Assembly (NCBI GenBank): GCA_963675745.2
Contig: CAXXWX010000026.1
Coordinates: 448,001 to 512,000 of the forward strand
Length of the DNA stretch: 64,000 nt
DNA from: Phycisphaerae bacterium
GTDB lineage: Bacteria > Planctomycetota > Phycisphaerae > UBA1845 > Fen-1342
Direction: 5' to 3'
The notes under the pieces are model-generated. The model searched no databases. It had not been told where the DNA came from and saw only the letters and a program-made list of their open reading frames with translations. The translations under genes and the position numbers were made by a program. Below, one piece after another: positions 39,043 to 48,856 of this stretch (positions are counted from its first letter, which is position 1; the number at the start of each line of letters is the position of its first letter).

Positions 39043-39510
39043 TCACGGCGCGCGAAACAGCGTCGTCGAACTCCCGTGCAACCGGCGCGCCACTTCATCG
39101 GTCTCGGCCTGGGTCTGCTTACGCACCTGGTGCTGATGGGCCTGCCAGCGCCGCTCGCGCAGCTTCTCTATGATGCGGACGTTCTTGTGCGCCTCGCGCC
39201 AGGCGTCCTGTAATTTCTCGAGTTCCGTGCGCAGCGCGGCCTTTTGCAGCTCCGCGCGGGTAATCACGCCTTGCTGGTGCGCGATCCATGCCCGCCCGCG
39301 CACCACGCCCGTCGTATCAAGCGCCGCCTGGCGCTGCCGCCCGAGCAGGGCCTGACGCTCGCGCTCGATAGCGGCGATGGCCTCATCACGCTGGCGTTCA
39401 GTCCGCGCAATCTCCGCCTGTTTCGCGGCAACTTTGCGCTCGGCGTCCTGCTCGCGCAGCTCGCGCACACGCAACAGTGTCGCCAATCGGAATACGAAGC
39501 GCTTCGCCAC
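39043..39510 (-). CDS. fliJ: Flagellar export chaperone FliJ
   Basis: FVFRLATLLRVRE, IEKLRERR...EQAETDE-like C-terminus. Confidence 0.85.
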   Translation of the reverse strand: MAKRFVFRLATLLRVRELREQDAERKVAAKQAEIARTERQRDEAIAAIERERQALLGRQRQAALDTTGVVRGRAWIAHQQGVITRAELQKAALRTELEKLQDAWREAHKNVRIIEKLRERRWQAHQHQVRKQTQAETDEVARRLHGSSTTLFRAP

Positions 39511-39516
39511 GCGGGA

Positions 39517-40959
39517 CTACTCCTTCTGAGCCCGGGCCTCGACTGGCCGACGTTTCTCCGCACCGGTCGCCGGCTGTTTCTTGATGATTGAATCACGCGT
39601 TTGATTGATCGCCGCGGCCAGTGACATGAGCTCCGCCCGGCTTTGCTCGAAGTCAGCGCCGCTGCCGCGATCCTGGCGCAGGTATTCATCGATCAGCTCG
39701 CGGGTTTGGACGGCGACGTCGTAGTCCGCGTTGGCTCCCGGCACGTAGGCGCCGATGCTGACCAGATCCTCGATCTCGTGCCAAACCGAAAGCACCTGGC
39801 GCACGCTCGCGGCCGCCTCCCGCTGTGGCGCGTCCACGACATCGTCAGCCACGCGGCTGATGCTGCCCAGCACGTCAATCGCCGGATAGTGCCCGCGGTT
39901 AGCCAGTCGGCGGGCCAGCCAGATGTGGCCATCCAACACGCCACGGGCGGCGTCGGCCAGTGGCTCATCGATGTCGTCGCCTTCGACCAGTACCGTGTAG
40001 ATGCCGGTGATGCTGCCACGTTGCGTGCGCCCGGCGCGCTCCAGCAGTCTGGGCAGCATCGCGAAGACGCTGGGAGGATAACCCTTGGCCGTCGGCGGCT
40101 CGCCCGCCGCCAGGCCGATCTGACGCTGGGCCATGGCGAAGCGCGTCAGTGAGTCCACCATCAGCAACACATCGAGGCCCTGGTCACGGAAGTATTCGGC
40201 GATGGCCGTCGCGTGCAGACATACGCGCACGCGCAGGGCCGGCGGGGCGTCAGATGTGCAGACCACAACCACGCTGCGGGCCAGGCCCGACGGGCCCAAC
40301 TGCTCGCGCACAAAGTCTCCGACCTCGCGGCCGCGCTCACCCACCAGGACCACCACATTCACATCCGCGCGCGTGTGCCGGCAGATCATCCCCATCAGGA
40401 TGCTCTTGCCCACACCGGTGCCGGCGAAGATGCCGAATCGCTGGCCGCGCCCAGCGGTGAGCAGCCCGTCAATCGCGCGCACGCCCAGCGCCAAAGGTTC
40501 TTCAATCGGTCGCCTCTGCATCGCCGGTGGCGCATCGCAGATCAGCGGATAGCGGACATTGAGCAGTGGCGTCGGACCGTGATCCAGTGGCCGGCCCTGC
40601 GCATCAATCACACGCCCCAACAGGTCAGCGCCGACCGGCACGCGCGCCGGCCCCGACCGGCAAATCACCGCGTCTCCCGGCGCAACCCCCGTTGACTCAC
40701 CAAACACCGACAGCAATGTCTGCCCGGCCAGCAAACCAACACTCTCGGCTTCGACGCTCCCGTGTCGGCGCGTCCGGATCTCGCAACGCGCGCCAATCGG
40801 CACCGGCAAGCCGGTGGCACCGATCGTCATTCCCCGCACCGATGCCACCTCGCCGGTTATCGACTCGCTGATTGTCCCGGCCACCTCGTCCGCCAGGGCC
40901 TCGAACAAGCCTACGGCCGGATCGGTGCCATCAATCGTCTCGGCGTGAGCGCGCATCAA
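39517..40959 (-). CDS. fliI: Flagellar export ATPase
   Basis: GIFAGTGVGKS, GERGREV, DSLTRFAMAQR, GEPPTAKGYPPS, YPAIDVLGSISR. Confidence 0.96.
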   Translation of the reverse strand: MMRAHAETIDGTDPAVGLFEALADEVAGTISESITGEVASVRGMTIGATGLPVPIGARCEIRTRRHGSVEAESVGLLAGQTLLSVFGESTGVAPGDAVICRSGPARVPVGADLLGRVIDAQGRPLDHGPTPLLNVRYPLICDAPPAMQRRPIEEPLALGVRAIDGLLTAGRGQRFGIFAGTGVGKSILMGMICRHTRADVNVVVLVGERGREVGDFVREQLGPSGLARSVVVVCTSDAPPALRVRVCLHATAIAEYFRDQGLDVLLMVDSLTRFAMAQRQIGLAAGEPPTAKGYPPSVFAMLPRLLERAGRTQRGSITGIYTVLVEGDDIDEPLADAARGVLDGHIWLARRLANRGHYPAIDVLGSISRVADDVVDAPQREAAASVRQVLSVWHEIEDLVSIGAYVPGANADYDVAVQTRELIDEYLRQDRGSGADFEQSRAELMSLAAAINQTRDSIIKKQPATGAEKRRPVEARAQKE

Positions 40960-41672
40960 TCATCCCCCCCCGCTCCTTCTTCGCCGGCCTCACCGCGCAA
41001 GGCCGCCGCCACCCGCTCCAACTGAGTTTCTATCCGCGCATCGATCGTCACGCCTCGACCGCGCAGCACGCACCCACCGGAACCCACGTCCGCGTCAGCC
41101 ACGACCGTGACGTGGTCGAGGCTCTCGCAATGCGTCACGAACTCCGCGACCCATTCGGCCAGATCGTCGCGGTCGCGCGGATTAACGTGCAGGTCGAGGT
41201 CGCCTTGTTCACCACACATCTCCAGCAGACAACGGGCATTGGCCTTGGCCGCTTCAATCAGCGCCGGCGGCTCGAGTTTGCAGACACGCGTGGCGATGGC
41301 GAGCGCCAGTTCGATGGTGCCGGTTTCCGCGGCGGCGAGCAAACGGTGTTTGCGCGCGTCAAAATCGGCCAGCGCGCTGCTTAGCACGTTGATCACGCGC
41401 TGGGCCTGTTCGCGTGTTTCGGCAAACACGGCGTCACGTGCTTCCCGCTGCGCCTCGGCGGTCCCGGCCTCATAACCTTCGCGCTGGCCGCGTTCCGCGG
41501 CTTCCCGCTGAAGCTGGGCGATCTGCTCGCGCGCGTCGAGACGGGCTTGCGCAATCAGGGCGGCCGCCTGGGCGCGGGCGTCGGCGATTAACTTCTCGGC
41601 GCGCTTCTCGAGATCGTGAAATGAGAACGGGCTTGTGGTGGCGAGTTGCTCGCGTTTGATCACGCAGCCCAT
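40956..41672 (-). CDS. fliH: Flagellar assembly protein FliH
   Basis: GxxxG repeats (GQREGYEAG), VNPRD, GGCVL..IDARIETQL. Confidence 0.85.
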   Translation of the reverse strand: MGCVIKREQLATTSPFSFHDLEKRAEKLIADARAQAAALIAQARLDAREQIAQLQREAAERGQREGYEAGTAEAQREARDAVFAETREQAQRVINVLSSALADFDARKHRLLAAAETGTIELALAIATRVCKLEPPALIEAAKANARCLLEMCGEQGDLDLHVNPRDRDDLAEWVAEFVTHCESLDHVTVVADADVGSGGCVLRGRGVTIDARIETQLERVAAALRGEAGEEGAGGDD

Positions 41673-41745
41673 CGGCAGCGCCTCCTGGCCCGATCCGTGC
41701 TCGCCGGCAAGTGGGAGCGGCTTGATGCCCTCACGCGGCAGAACA

Positions 41746-42798
41746 CTAGACAATCATGTCCTTTTCCGAGCCCTTGCCGCTGATGACCACCTCGCCGGCG
41801 TCCTCCAGACGCCGAACGATGTCGACAATCGCCTGCTGGGCCGCCTCGACGTCGCTGACGCGTACCGGCCCCATGAATTCCATCTCTTCCTTGATGAGCT
41901 GTGCGGCGCGCTCGGACATATTCTTGAAGAGGTGCTCCTTGAGCTCGTCGCTGGCGGTCTTCAGCGCCATGGCCAGCTCCTCGTTGGCGACGTCCTTGAG
42001 AACCGCCTGGATACCCTTGTCGTTGACGTGCAGGATGTCCTCGAACACAAACATCAGTCGGCGGATTTCTTCGACCAGGGTGGGGTTGTCCTGCTCCAGG
42101 CCTTCGAGGATGGCCTTTTCCGCGGCGCGGCCCGCCAGGTTGAGAATCTCGGCCACCGCCGGCACGCCGCCAACGCGTTCAAACCGTTCTGAAACCAGGC
42201 CCGCCAGGCGTTTCTCCAGTCCGTGCTCGACCTCCTTGATCACGTCCGGGCTGGTCTGGTCCATATTGGCAACCCGGCTGACCACGTCGATCTGGCGATC
42301 TGTATCCAGCCCCACCATGATCTCGCTGGCCATGCCCGGCGGGACGTGAGAGAGCACCAGCGCGATCGTCTGCGGGTGTTCCTCTTGCAGGAACATCAGC
42401 AGGTTTTCTTTCTCGGTCTTCTGGAGAAAGCTGAATGGCTGCTTGTGAACCTGGTGTTCGATGGTCTCAATGATGCGCCTGGCTTCATCCGGCGGCAGCG
42501 ACTTCAACAATAATGAACGCGCCCAGGGAAGCCCCCCCATCTTCGAGAACTGCCGGTCCTGGATCAGCTTGTAGAACTCGCGCACAACCTCCTGGCGCAC
42601 ACTGCTCGTAACACGATCCAGGGCCACGATCTCGCGCGAGAGATCCTCGACAAACTCAGCCGGCAACGCCTTCATAAGCTTGGCGGCCGCATCCTGGTCC
42701 AGCGCCAAGAGCACAATGGCGGCCTTTTGCTGGCCGGTGAGATCCTCGACCTTTGTTATCCCGGCTTCCTCGCCAGACCGTCCCATTGCCATCACCAT
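41746..42798 (-). CDS. fliG: Flagellar motor switch protein FliG
   Basis: KAAIVLL, EHPQTIALVLS, MFVFEDI, NMSERAA, GPVRVSDVEAAQ. Confidence 0.96.
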   Translation of the reverse strand: MVMAMGRSGEEAGITKVEDLTGQQKAAIVLLALDQDAAAKLMKALPAEFVEDLSREIVALDRVTSSVRQEVVREFYKLIQDRQFSKMGGLPWARSLLLKSLPPDEARRIIETIEHQVHKQPFSFLQKTEKENLLMFLQEEHPQTIALVLSHVPPGMASEIMVGLDTDRQIDVVSRVANMDQTSPDVIKEVEHGLEKRLAGLVSERFERVGGVPAVAEILNLAGRAAEKAILEGLEQDNPTLVEEIRRLMFVFEDILHVNDKGIQAVLKDVANEELAMALKTASDELKEHLFKNMSERAAQLIKEEMEFMGPVRVSDVEAAQQAIVDIVRRLEDAGEVVISGKGSEKDMIV

Positions 42799-42808
42799 TC
42801 ACCGGGGG

Positions 42809-44533
42809 TTAGTCGTGGTTCTCCACCCAGCGCTCCATCAGGCCGGCCACCACGCTTGGATCCGACTCGGTCAGATCCGCGACTTGCTGCATCATCTTCT
42901 GCATCTGCACCACGGATTCCTCAACCTCTTCGGCTACCAACACACCGTCCGTGGCACGCGACTTTCTAAACGTCGGCGAAGTTTCGTCGTCGTCATCTTC
43001 CGCGTCGCCGGTGGCCCCCGAGGCACGCGGTGAACCGGCCTTCTTATCCTCGGTGGCTGACTGTCGGGCCATCTCGATCGCCTCCTTGGGTAAGCCGAGC
43101 TCCATCGCGTACGCCTCACCCGCCTTCGAGCGGCGCGCCATCCGCAGCATGATTCCCAGCGACATCAGCGCCAGCAGGCCCAATCCAGCCTGTGGTCCAT
43201 AACGTTGGGCCAGGTCGGCAGCGCCGTCGAGTGAGCTCGCCGCGGCCGTAGGCACATCACCCGGCACGCGGTAATACCAGTGCAAGGCGATCGAGTGTTC
43301 GTCTATGCGCGTCTCCTGCCCCCAGATAAGCATGCGAACCTGGTCGCGAATGCGTGGCTGCTCCTGTTGGAAGACCTGCTCTAGCTGCTCGTACGTCGGC
43401 TCCGCACCCTCTTCCACATCGGGGTTCATGCGCGCGTAGATATTGCTCAGGTAGTAGTCCGACAGGAATATCGCCGCGGTTATTTCCTCGACGCCGCCAC
43501 TGGGGGTCTTCTCGATCTTGGTCTCGAGTCCGGGGGTGCCGCGTGTTTTCGTGGTGTCCTGGTTGGTCTGCTCGCGTAGCCCGGCGTTGGCCACGGCCCC
43601 GGTCCCCGTGTTGGCGCGCACACCCGGCTCGCCACTGACCTGGCCAATCGTCGAGGTCATGCTGGTCGTTTCGGTTTCGATCTCGACGGGTGTGGTCGGT
43701 GACTCCGTTGTCATCTGCCGGCTGGTGGCATTCAGTTTAACGGTCACCTCAGCCCGGGCATGCGGGTCGGGCATGTGCCGCAGGATTTTCTCGGTGATCT
43801 TGAGTTCGCGCTGTAATTGCTCGCGGTAGAGACGAGACGCGCTGCCGTCGGCGTCATCCTCAGGGTTCCAGGCCCGCCGACCGCGGCTGTCCAGCACATC
43901 AACATCTTCCGCGCTCAGACCACTCACGGCCCCCGCGACCAGGCGCGCCGCGGCTATGGCCAGGCTCCTTGCGACCGGGGTGCCGTCTTTCATGGTCAAG
44001 GTCACGCTGGCCGTACTGTGATATTCGTGACGGGCCACCAGCGTGCGCTTCGAATTGAGATTGAGGAAAACGCTGGCCTGCTTGACGCCATCGAACGTGC
44101 GCAACACGCGCACCAACTCCTGCTGGAGCGCGACTGTCCACCGGCGCCGATTCTCCTCCTGGGAAATCCACGGATTGGATTCCTGCACCAGGGCTGTAAA
44201 CCCCGAGCTGATGTCGGCGGGCATGCGGTTGTCTTGCTGCAGGCGCGCCAGCAAGGCCGGGCGGTTGGCCGACGCGCTGACATAGACACGCGAGCCTTCG
44301 ACGCTCACGGGCTCGTTCATCGCTTCGAGCCCGGCGCGGATAGTCGCCAGTTCCTCAGGCTGTAAATCCTGCCCGAGCAGGGCCACCATCTCCGGCTTGG
44401 CCGCCCACTGCGCCATCCACACGACCGACGCCGCAATCAGCACGGCGGCGAGCACGATCGCCAGGCGTTGCGACAGCGTCATGCCTTGAAGCTGCGCCGC
44501 GACTTGCGCGAGGATTTTCTTGAGTGACTCCAT
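42809..44533 (-). CDS. fliF: Flagellar M-ring protein
   Basis: Two TM segments, ALQQELVRVL, TASVTL, LVAGAVSGL, GEPGVRAN. Confidence 0.85.
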   Translation of the reverse strand: MESLKKILAQVAAQLQGMTLSQRLAIVLAAVLIAASVVWMAQWAAKPEMVALLGQDLQPEELATIRAGLEAMNEPVSVEGSRVYVSASANRPALLARLQQDNRMPADISSGFTALVQESNPWISQEENRRRWTVALQQELVRVLRTFDGVKQASVFLNLNSKRTLVARHEYHSTASVTLTMKDGTPVARSLAIAAARLVAGAVSGLSAEDVDVLDSRGRRAWNPEDDADGSASRLYREQLQRELKITEKILRHMPDPHARAEVTVKLNATSRQMTTESPTTPVEIETETTSMTSTIGQVSGEPGVRANTGTGAVANAGLREQTNQDTTKTRGTPGLETKIEKTPSGGVEEITAAIFLSDYYLSNIYARMNPDVEEGAEPTYEQLEQVFQQEQPRIRDQVRMLIWGQETRIDEHSIALHWYYRVPGDVPTAAASSLDGAADLAQRYGPQAGLGLLALMSLGIMLRMARRSKAGEAYAMELGLPKEAIEMARQSATEDKKAGSPRASGATGDAEDDDDETSPTFRKSRATDGVLVAEEVEESVVQMQKMMQQVADLTESDPSVVAGLMERWVENHD

Positions 44534-44679
44534 TCGGGCAACTCCCGGTCGGCTCCGCCAACCGCCCACCCCGCTGTCGCGCGGGCACGACCCCGCGGAT
44601 CATCAGTCGCACTCTCAAGCGTCGTCCGCCGGGAGCATCCCCTGATGCGGCCCGGCGCTACCGGTTCGTATGCCGCGCG

Positions 44680-44991
44680 CTAGACGCGCACCTGGCGAAG
44701 CTCTGAGTAGGCGTCCACCAGCTTGTTGCGAATCTCCATCAAGAGCGTGAAGGCCACCTCGGCCTTGCGCGCCGTGGCGAATACCTCGGTGATGTTCTGT
44801 GACTCGCCGGTCAAAAGACGCTGCACACTGTCGTTCGCATCCGCCTGCATCTCGCTGACTTCGGCCAGTTGCGACTTAAGCGCGGCGGCAAAGTCGGTCG
44901 CAGCGCCCCCGGACGGCTTGGCCGCCGCGCCGGCGGCCCCCCCTCCACCACCAACCGGTCGTACGCCCTGGGTAGAAATCGGATCGATCAT
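44680..44991 (-). CDS. fliE: Hook-basal body protein FliE
   Basis: KAEVAFTLLMEIRNKLVDAYSEL. Confidence 0.93.
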   Translation of the reverse strand: MIDPISTQGVRPVGGGGGAAGAAAKPSGGAATDFAAALKSQLAEVSEMQADANDSVQRLLTGESQNITEVFATARKAEVAFTLLMEIRNKLVDAYSELRQVRV

Positions 44992-45022
44992 GGTCAGCAA
45001 TCACACGCCCGCGCGGGGGCTA

Positions 45023-45421
45023 TCAGGCAAACAGCCTGATCGTATCCCGCATCAGTGTCTTTGAGATATTCAGGACGGCCAGGTTTGCCTCATAGGCGCG
45101 CGTGGCCTCCATCGCGTCGATGTATTCCATCGTGATATTCACGTTCGGCAGTTGAACGTACCCGTCGGCGCCGGCATCCGGATGCGCGGGGTCGTGACGA
45201 AGCTGGAACGGCGCCTGATCCTCGCGAACCTTCGTTACGTGTACTCCCGGGCCCCCGTCCGGGGCACCGGTCATAAACTCGACGAAACGCCGGCGATACG
45301 GCGTGCTGCTGCCGTCTTCCTGGCGCGTAACATGCGCGTTGGCAATGTTGCCGGCTATCACGTCCAGCCGCGTGCGCTGCGCAACGAGTGCCGATGTGCT
45401 GATGTCAAAGGCGTCAATCAT
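45023..45421 (-). CDS. flgC: Basal-body rod protein FlgC
   Basis: QRTRLDVIAGNIAN, PYRRR, HPDA..GYVQLPNV, RAYEAN. Confidence 0.93.
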   Translation of the reverse strand: MIDAFDISTSALVAQRTRLDVIAGNIANAHVTRQEDGSSTPYRRRFVEFMTGAPDGGPGVHVTKVREDQAPFQLRHDPAHPDAGADGYVQLPNVNITMEYIDAMEATRAYEANLAVLNISKTLMRDTIRLFA

Positions 45422-45855
45422 CCGCTCTTGCCTCTTATGGCGGTCAGTAAGGCACCGTAGCGAGTCTGTAGCAAGTTCAGTGCCATCTGATGATCGAGTG
45501 CGTTGCGGGTCACTTCGGACATCAGTGTTTCCAGCCGGGCGTTTGTTCCGTCGTGAAAAAGCACGTTCGGGGCGCTTGTGACAGCGGGTCGCACGGATAC
45601 CCGACCGTCAGGTCCACCGCAAAATTGCGCGTTTCCGCGCAAGTCCAGTCGTTGCAGCCGATCATCGCGCGAGCGCTTTAGCGCCTCGCTGAGCGACTTC
45701 TGAAACGCCGAGCGATCCAGTTGGCGGGCGCGGTAGTCGGGCGTGTCGATGTTGGCGATGTTCTCGGCGAGAACGCGGTGCCGCTCCTCGGTGAACATCG
45801 CGGCCAGTTCGACGGCGCGCGTCGTTCGAGATGCCAGAATGCCGTCCAGCCACAT
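45418..45855 (-). CDS. flgB: Basal-body rod protein FlgB
   Basis: RHRVLAENIANIDTPDYRAR, HDGTN. Confidence 0.92.
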   Translation of the reverse strand: MWLDGILASRTTRAVELAAMFTEERHRVLAENIANIDTPDYRARQLDRSAFQKSLSEALKRSRDDRLQRLDLRGNAQFCGGPDGRVSVRPAVTSAPNVLFHDGTNARLETLMSEVTRNALDHQMALNLLQTRYGALLTAIRGKSG

Positions 45856-45895
45856 ATCGCCACACCACCGCCGTGTCACACCCCATCGCGAGCGA

Positions 45896-45912
45896 AGCAA
45901 TCCGCGTACCAG
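45896..45912 (-). promoter_or_regulatory. Sigma54 (-24/-12) promoter upstream of flgB
   Basis: Minus strand CTGGTACGCGGATTGCT, matches TGGYAC-N5-TTGC, 40 nt upstream of the flgB ATG. Confidence 0.75.
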
Positions 45913-45920
45913 CCAGGGTG

Positions 45921-47327
45921 TCAGCGGATGGACACGGACTGACGACGGGGCGCAAATTCCTCCAACGTGCCCTCGTCACGCCATTTCTTCAGTTTGAGCC
46001 CCAGCGTCCGCAGACCAATCCCGAGTGCGCGGGACGTCTTCTCGCGATGGCCGTTGAAACGCCGCAACGCGTGCATGATCAGGTCACGCTCGGCGTCGGC
46101 CAGGATGCGCCCATCGCGATACTCCAGCGCTTCTATAGGCGCGGCGGCGGTCTTGATCGGTCCGGCCAGCAGCGGCGCGACGGCGTTCGCGCCAACCTCC
46201 TGGCCGGATTCGAGCACGCACACGCGTTCACACAGATTCTGGAGTTCGCGCACATTCCCCGGCCACGCGTACTCGCCCAACAGGGCCAACGCCTCACGCG
46301 TGAACTTCGGCCGCGGGCGGCCTTCACGCTCACAGACGCGTCCAACAAAATGGTCCATGAGCAGTGGCGTATCTTCGGGCCGTTCCCGCAACGGCGGAAC
46401 CTCGATCGGCAATACGCTCAGACGGTAATACAAATCGGCCCGGAACTTCGCCTTGGCCGACCAGTCGCGCAGGTCGCGGTTGGTTGTCGCGATTACGCGC
46501 ACGTCGGCGCGACGCGTTACCGAGCTGCCGACGCGCTCATACTCGTGCTCCTGCAAGACGCGCAGCAGCTTCGCCTGGAGCGTCGGCGCAATCTCGGAAA
46601 CCTCATCGAGCAGCAGCGTCCCGCCATCGGCCAGTTCGAAGCGCCCCTTACGCAGGCGGTCCGCACCGGTGAACGCGCCCTTCTCATGGCCGAACAGCTC
46701 GCTCTCGAGCAAGGTCGGGGACAGCGCCGCGCAATTCACGCACAGCATCGGCTTGTCGGCGCGCGGCGAGGCGGCGTGAATGGCACGCGCGATGAGCTCC
46801 TTGCCGGTACCGCTCTCACCGGTGATCAGCACCGTGGCCGTGCTCTGAGCCAGACGCTGGACCTTTTCGAGCACGGGCTTCATGGCGGGCGAATGTCCGA
46901 TCAACTGCCGGTCGCGCATCATGTCTTCGAGCGTGCGGCGCATAGCCTCGTTGTCGCGCACCAGGTCCCGGTCGCGCACCGCCCGCTCAATCAGAATCGC
47001 CAGCTCCTCGGAATCGAAGGGCTTCTGGATGTAGTCAAACGCGCCGAGCTTCATGGCCTCGACCGCCGTTGCAACCGAGGCGTGCGCGGTCATGAGCACA
47101 ACCGGCACATCGATGCCCAGGCGGCGCATCTCGCGCAGCAACCCGACGCCGTCCATGCCCGGCAGCCGCAAGTCTGTCAGCACGACGTCGAATGATCGCT
47201 GGCGGATGCTGGTCAGCGCATCCTGGGCATTATCGAAGGCGAATACCTGGTGGTCCTGGGCGGCGAGTGTCGCCTGGACCGACTCACGCATCAGGGCCTG
47301 ATCGTCAACTACACACACACAAGCCAT
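45921..47327 (-). CDS. Sigma54-dependent response regulator (FlrC/FleR/NtrC-like)
   Basis: REC domain (VVDD, TDLRLP, KPF), GESGTGKE, GAFTGA, WPGNVREL, C-terminal HTH. Confidence 0.93.
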   Translation of the reverse strand: MACVCVVDDQALMRESVQATLAAQDHQVFAFDNAQDALTSIRQRSFDVVLTDLRLPGMDGVGLLREMRRLGIDVPVVLMTAHASVATAVEAMKLGAFDYIQKPFDSEELAILIERAVRDRDLVRDNEAMRRTLEDMMRDRQLIGHSPAMKPVLEKVQRLAQSTATVLITGESGTGKELIARAIHAASPRADKPMLCVNCAALSPTLLESELFGHEKGAFTGADRLRKGRFELADGGTLLLDEVSEIAPTLQAKLLRVLQEHEYERVGSSVTRRADVRVIATTNRDLRDWSAKAKFRADLYYRLSVLPIEVPPLRERPEDTPLLMDHFVGRVCEREGRPRPKFTREALALLGEYAWPGNVRELQNLCERVCVLESGQEVGANAVAPLLAGPIKTAAAPIEALEYRDGRILADAERDLIMHALRRFNGHREKTSRALGIGLRTLGLKLKKWRDEGTLEEFAPRRQSVSIR

Positions 47328-47350
47328 AATTCGTTCCCTTTCACTCCTGG

Positions 47351-48250
47351 CTAGGCCGCACTGATCCCTGGTTGGTCAGCCGGCGGGACTGCCGTTTGGT
47401 CGTTGTCGCTGGGCGTCGGAAATTCGATGGTGAATTCGGCGCCGCCCTCGGCGCGGTTGCGCGCCACGAGCGTTCCGCCGTGTGCCTCGATGAGCCGGTG
47501 CGCGATGGTCAGCCCCAGCCCGGTACCCTGTTCCTTGGTGGTGAAGAACGGGTCGAAAATGCGATCGAGAACCTCGGGAGCCAGACCGGTCCCACGGTCG
47601 CTCACGCGCACGCTCACAAAGCCACCGTCGGCGCAGCCCGCGTGTACGTCGACGATGCTCTGCGGCATGGATGCCTGGGCCGCATTACTGATCAGGTTCA
47701 CGATGACGCGTTGCAGACCATCCGGATGGCCCATCACGCTGGCCTGCGGATCGTCGAGTGTCAGCTCGAGCGTAACGGCGTGATCGTGCAACACACCGTC
47801 GCAGACGTCGATGGCTCGTTCAATGATCTCGCGCAGCGAGCACGCGGTGCCACGACCACCGCGCGGGGCCAGCGCCAGCGTGTCGCGAACCACGCCATCG
47901 ATAGCCGCAATGCCCGTCTCGATCTTGTCGATCAGTTTCAGCGCCTCGGCCGCGTGCCGGCCGCGAACCTCGCCGCGCAACAGCCCGCTATAAAGCTGGA
48001 TCGCGCCGAGCGGGTTACGGACCTCGTGGGCCACTCCGGCCGCCAGTTCACCGAGCGCGGCGAGCCGCCGGCGCCGCTCCAGCTCGCGATCCTTCGAGGC
48101 CAGCTCCCGGCGCAGGCGTTCGACTTCGCCGCGTAGCGTCTCGTGCGTGGCCTGGAGGCGTTGCGCGACGTCCATATACTCGCGCAGCACATCACTTAAC
48201 GCGTCGGGCGTCTCAGCATTCAAATCTTGCGTAGCGGTTTGCGCTACCAT
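47351..48250 (-). CDS. Cytoplasmic sensor histidine kinase (FlrB/FleS-like)
   Basis: AHEVRNPL, NLISNA, DRGTG, FDPFFTTK, GTGLGL; no TM segment. Confidence 0.9.
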   Translation of the reverse strand: MVAQTATQDLNAETPDALSDVLREYMDVAQRLQATHETLRGEVERLRRELASKDRELERRRRLAALGELAAGVAHEVRNPLGAIQLYSGLLRGEVRGRHAAEALKLIDKIETGIAAIDGVVRDTLALAPRGGRGTACSLREIIERAIDVCDGVLHDHAVTLELTLDDPQASVMGHPDGLQRVIVNLISNAAQASMPQSIVDVHAGCADGGFVSVRVSDRGTGLAPEVLDRIFDPFFTTKEQGTGLGLTIAHRLIEAHGGTLVARNRAEGGAEFTIEFPTPSDNDQTAVPPADQPGISAA

Positions 48251-48354
48251 CGCATCCTCTTGCCGGGATGATCGGCGTCCGGTTTTTCACGTCCACTTGG
48301 ACCCCGGCCCCGGCTCGAACACCGGCCTGTAACCGGGGCCACACACCCCACAGA

Positions 48355-48819
48355 TCAGCCGCTGATATCTGCGGTCGGATTACCGCGTGTGCGGTTCTGC
48401 TTGGCATACGCCGCATTGGCCGTGCGTCCGCCGGTAACACTGTTGGCCTCCGCGGCGATCATCTGTTTCTTCACCGAGAGCAAGGCGCCGTCCTCCCGGT
48501 CGGCCTTGAGGATCACCTGCAACGTCTTGTTGATCTCCTCGAGGATCACGCCGGCCTGGTTCCGCAAATCCTCGGGCAGCGAACCATAGGTGCCGCCCCA
48601 ATTGCGCCGATACGGGGCAAGCTGCATGTTGAGCTGTGCGAGCCGGCCGACGAGGTTCTGACGCTCGCGCAACAGGTCGAGCAGCTTCTCGGGCTGGTCG
48701 CCGGAGATGAGCCCGCGCTGCTGGTCCGCCAACTGGCGCAGTCGCCGGTACAAATCGCGTTGCTGAGTAAGCAGCTCCATCAAGCGCTGCGCGTCGATCG
48801 CTTCGGAAGTCTCTCGCAT
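48355..48819 (-). CDS. FlgN-like flagellar export chaperone
   Basis: Helical; LMELLTQQRDLY...LLRERQNL; ends ANAAY. Confidence 0.6.
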   Translation of the reverse strand: MRETSEAIDAQRLMELLTQQRDLYRRLRQLADQQRGLISGDQPEKLLDLLRERQNLVGRLAQLNMQLAPYRRNWGGTYGSLPEDLRNQAGVILEEINKTLQVILKADREDGALLSVKKQMIAAEANSVTGGRTANAAYAKQNRTRGNPTADISG

Positions 48820-48856
48820 ATCGGGGCTCCTGTTAGTGGCTTCCTGCCCGTTGCTA

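Noticed and set aside
26786..44533. Non-flagellar injectisome (T3SS)
   Set aside because: Rod, hook, hook-cap, flhF and fliA genes identify it as flagellar
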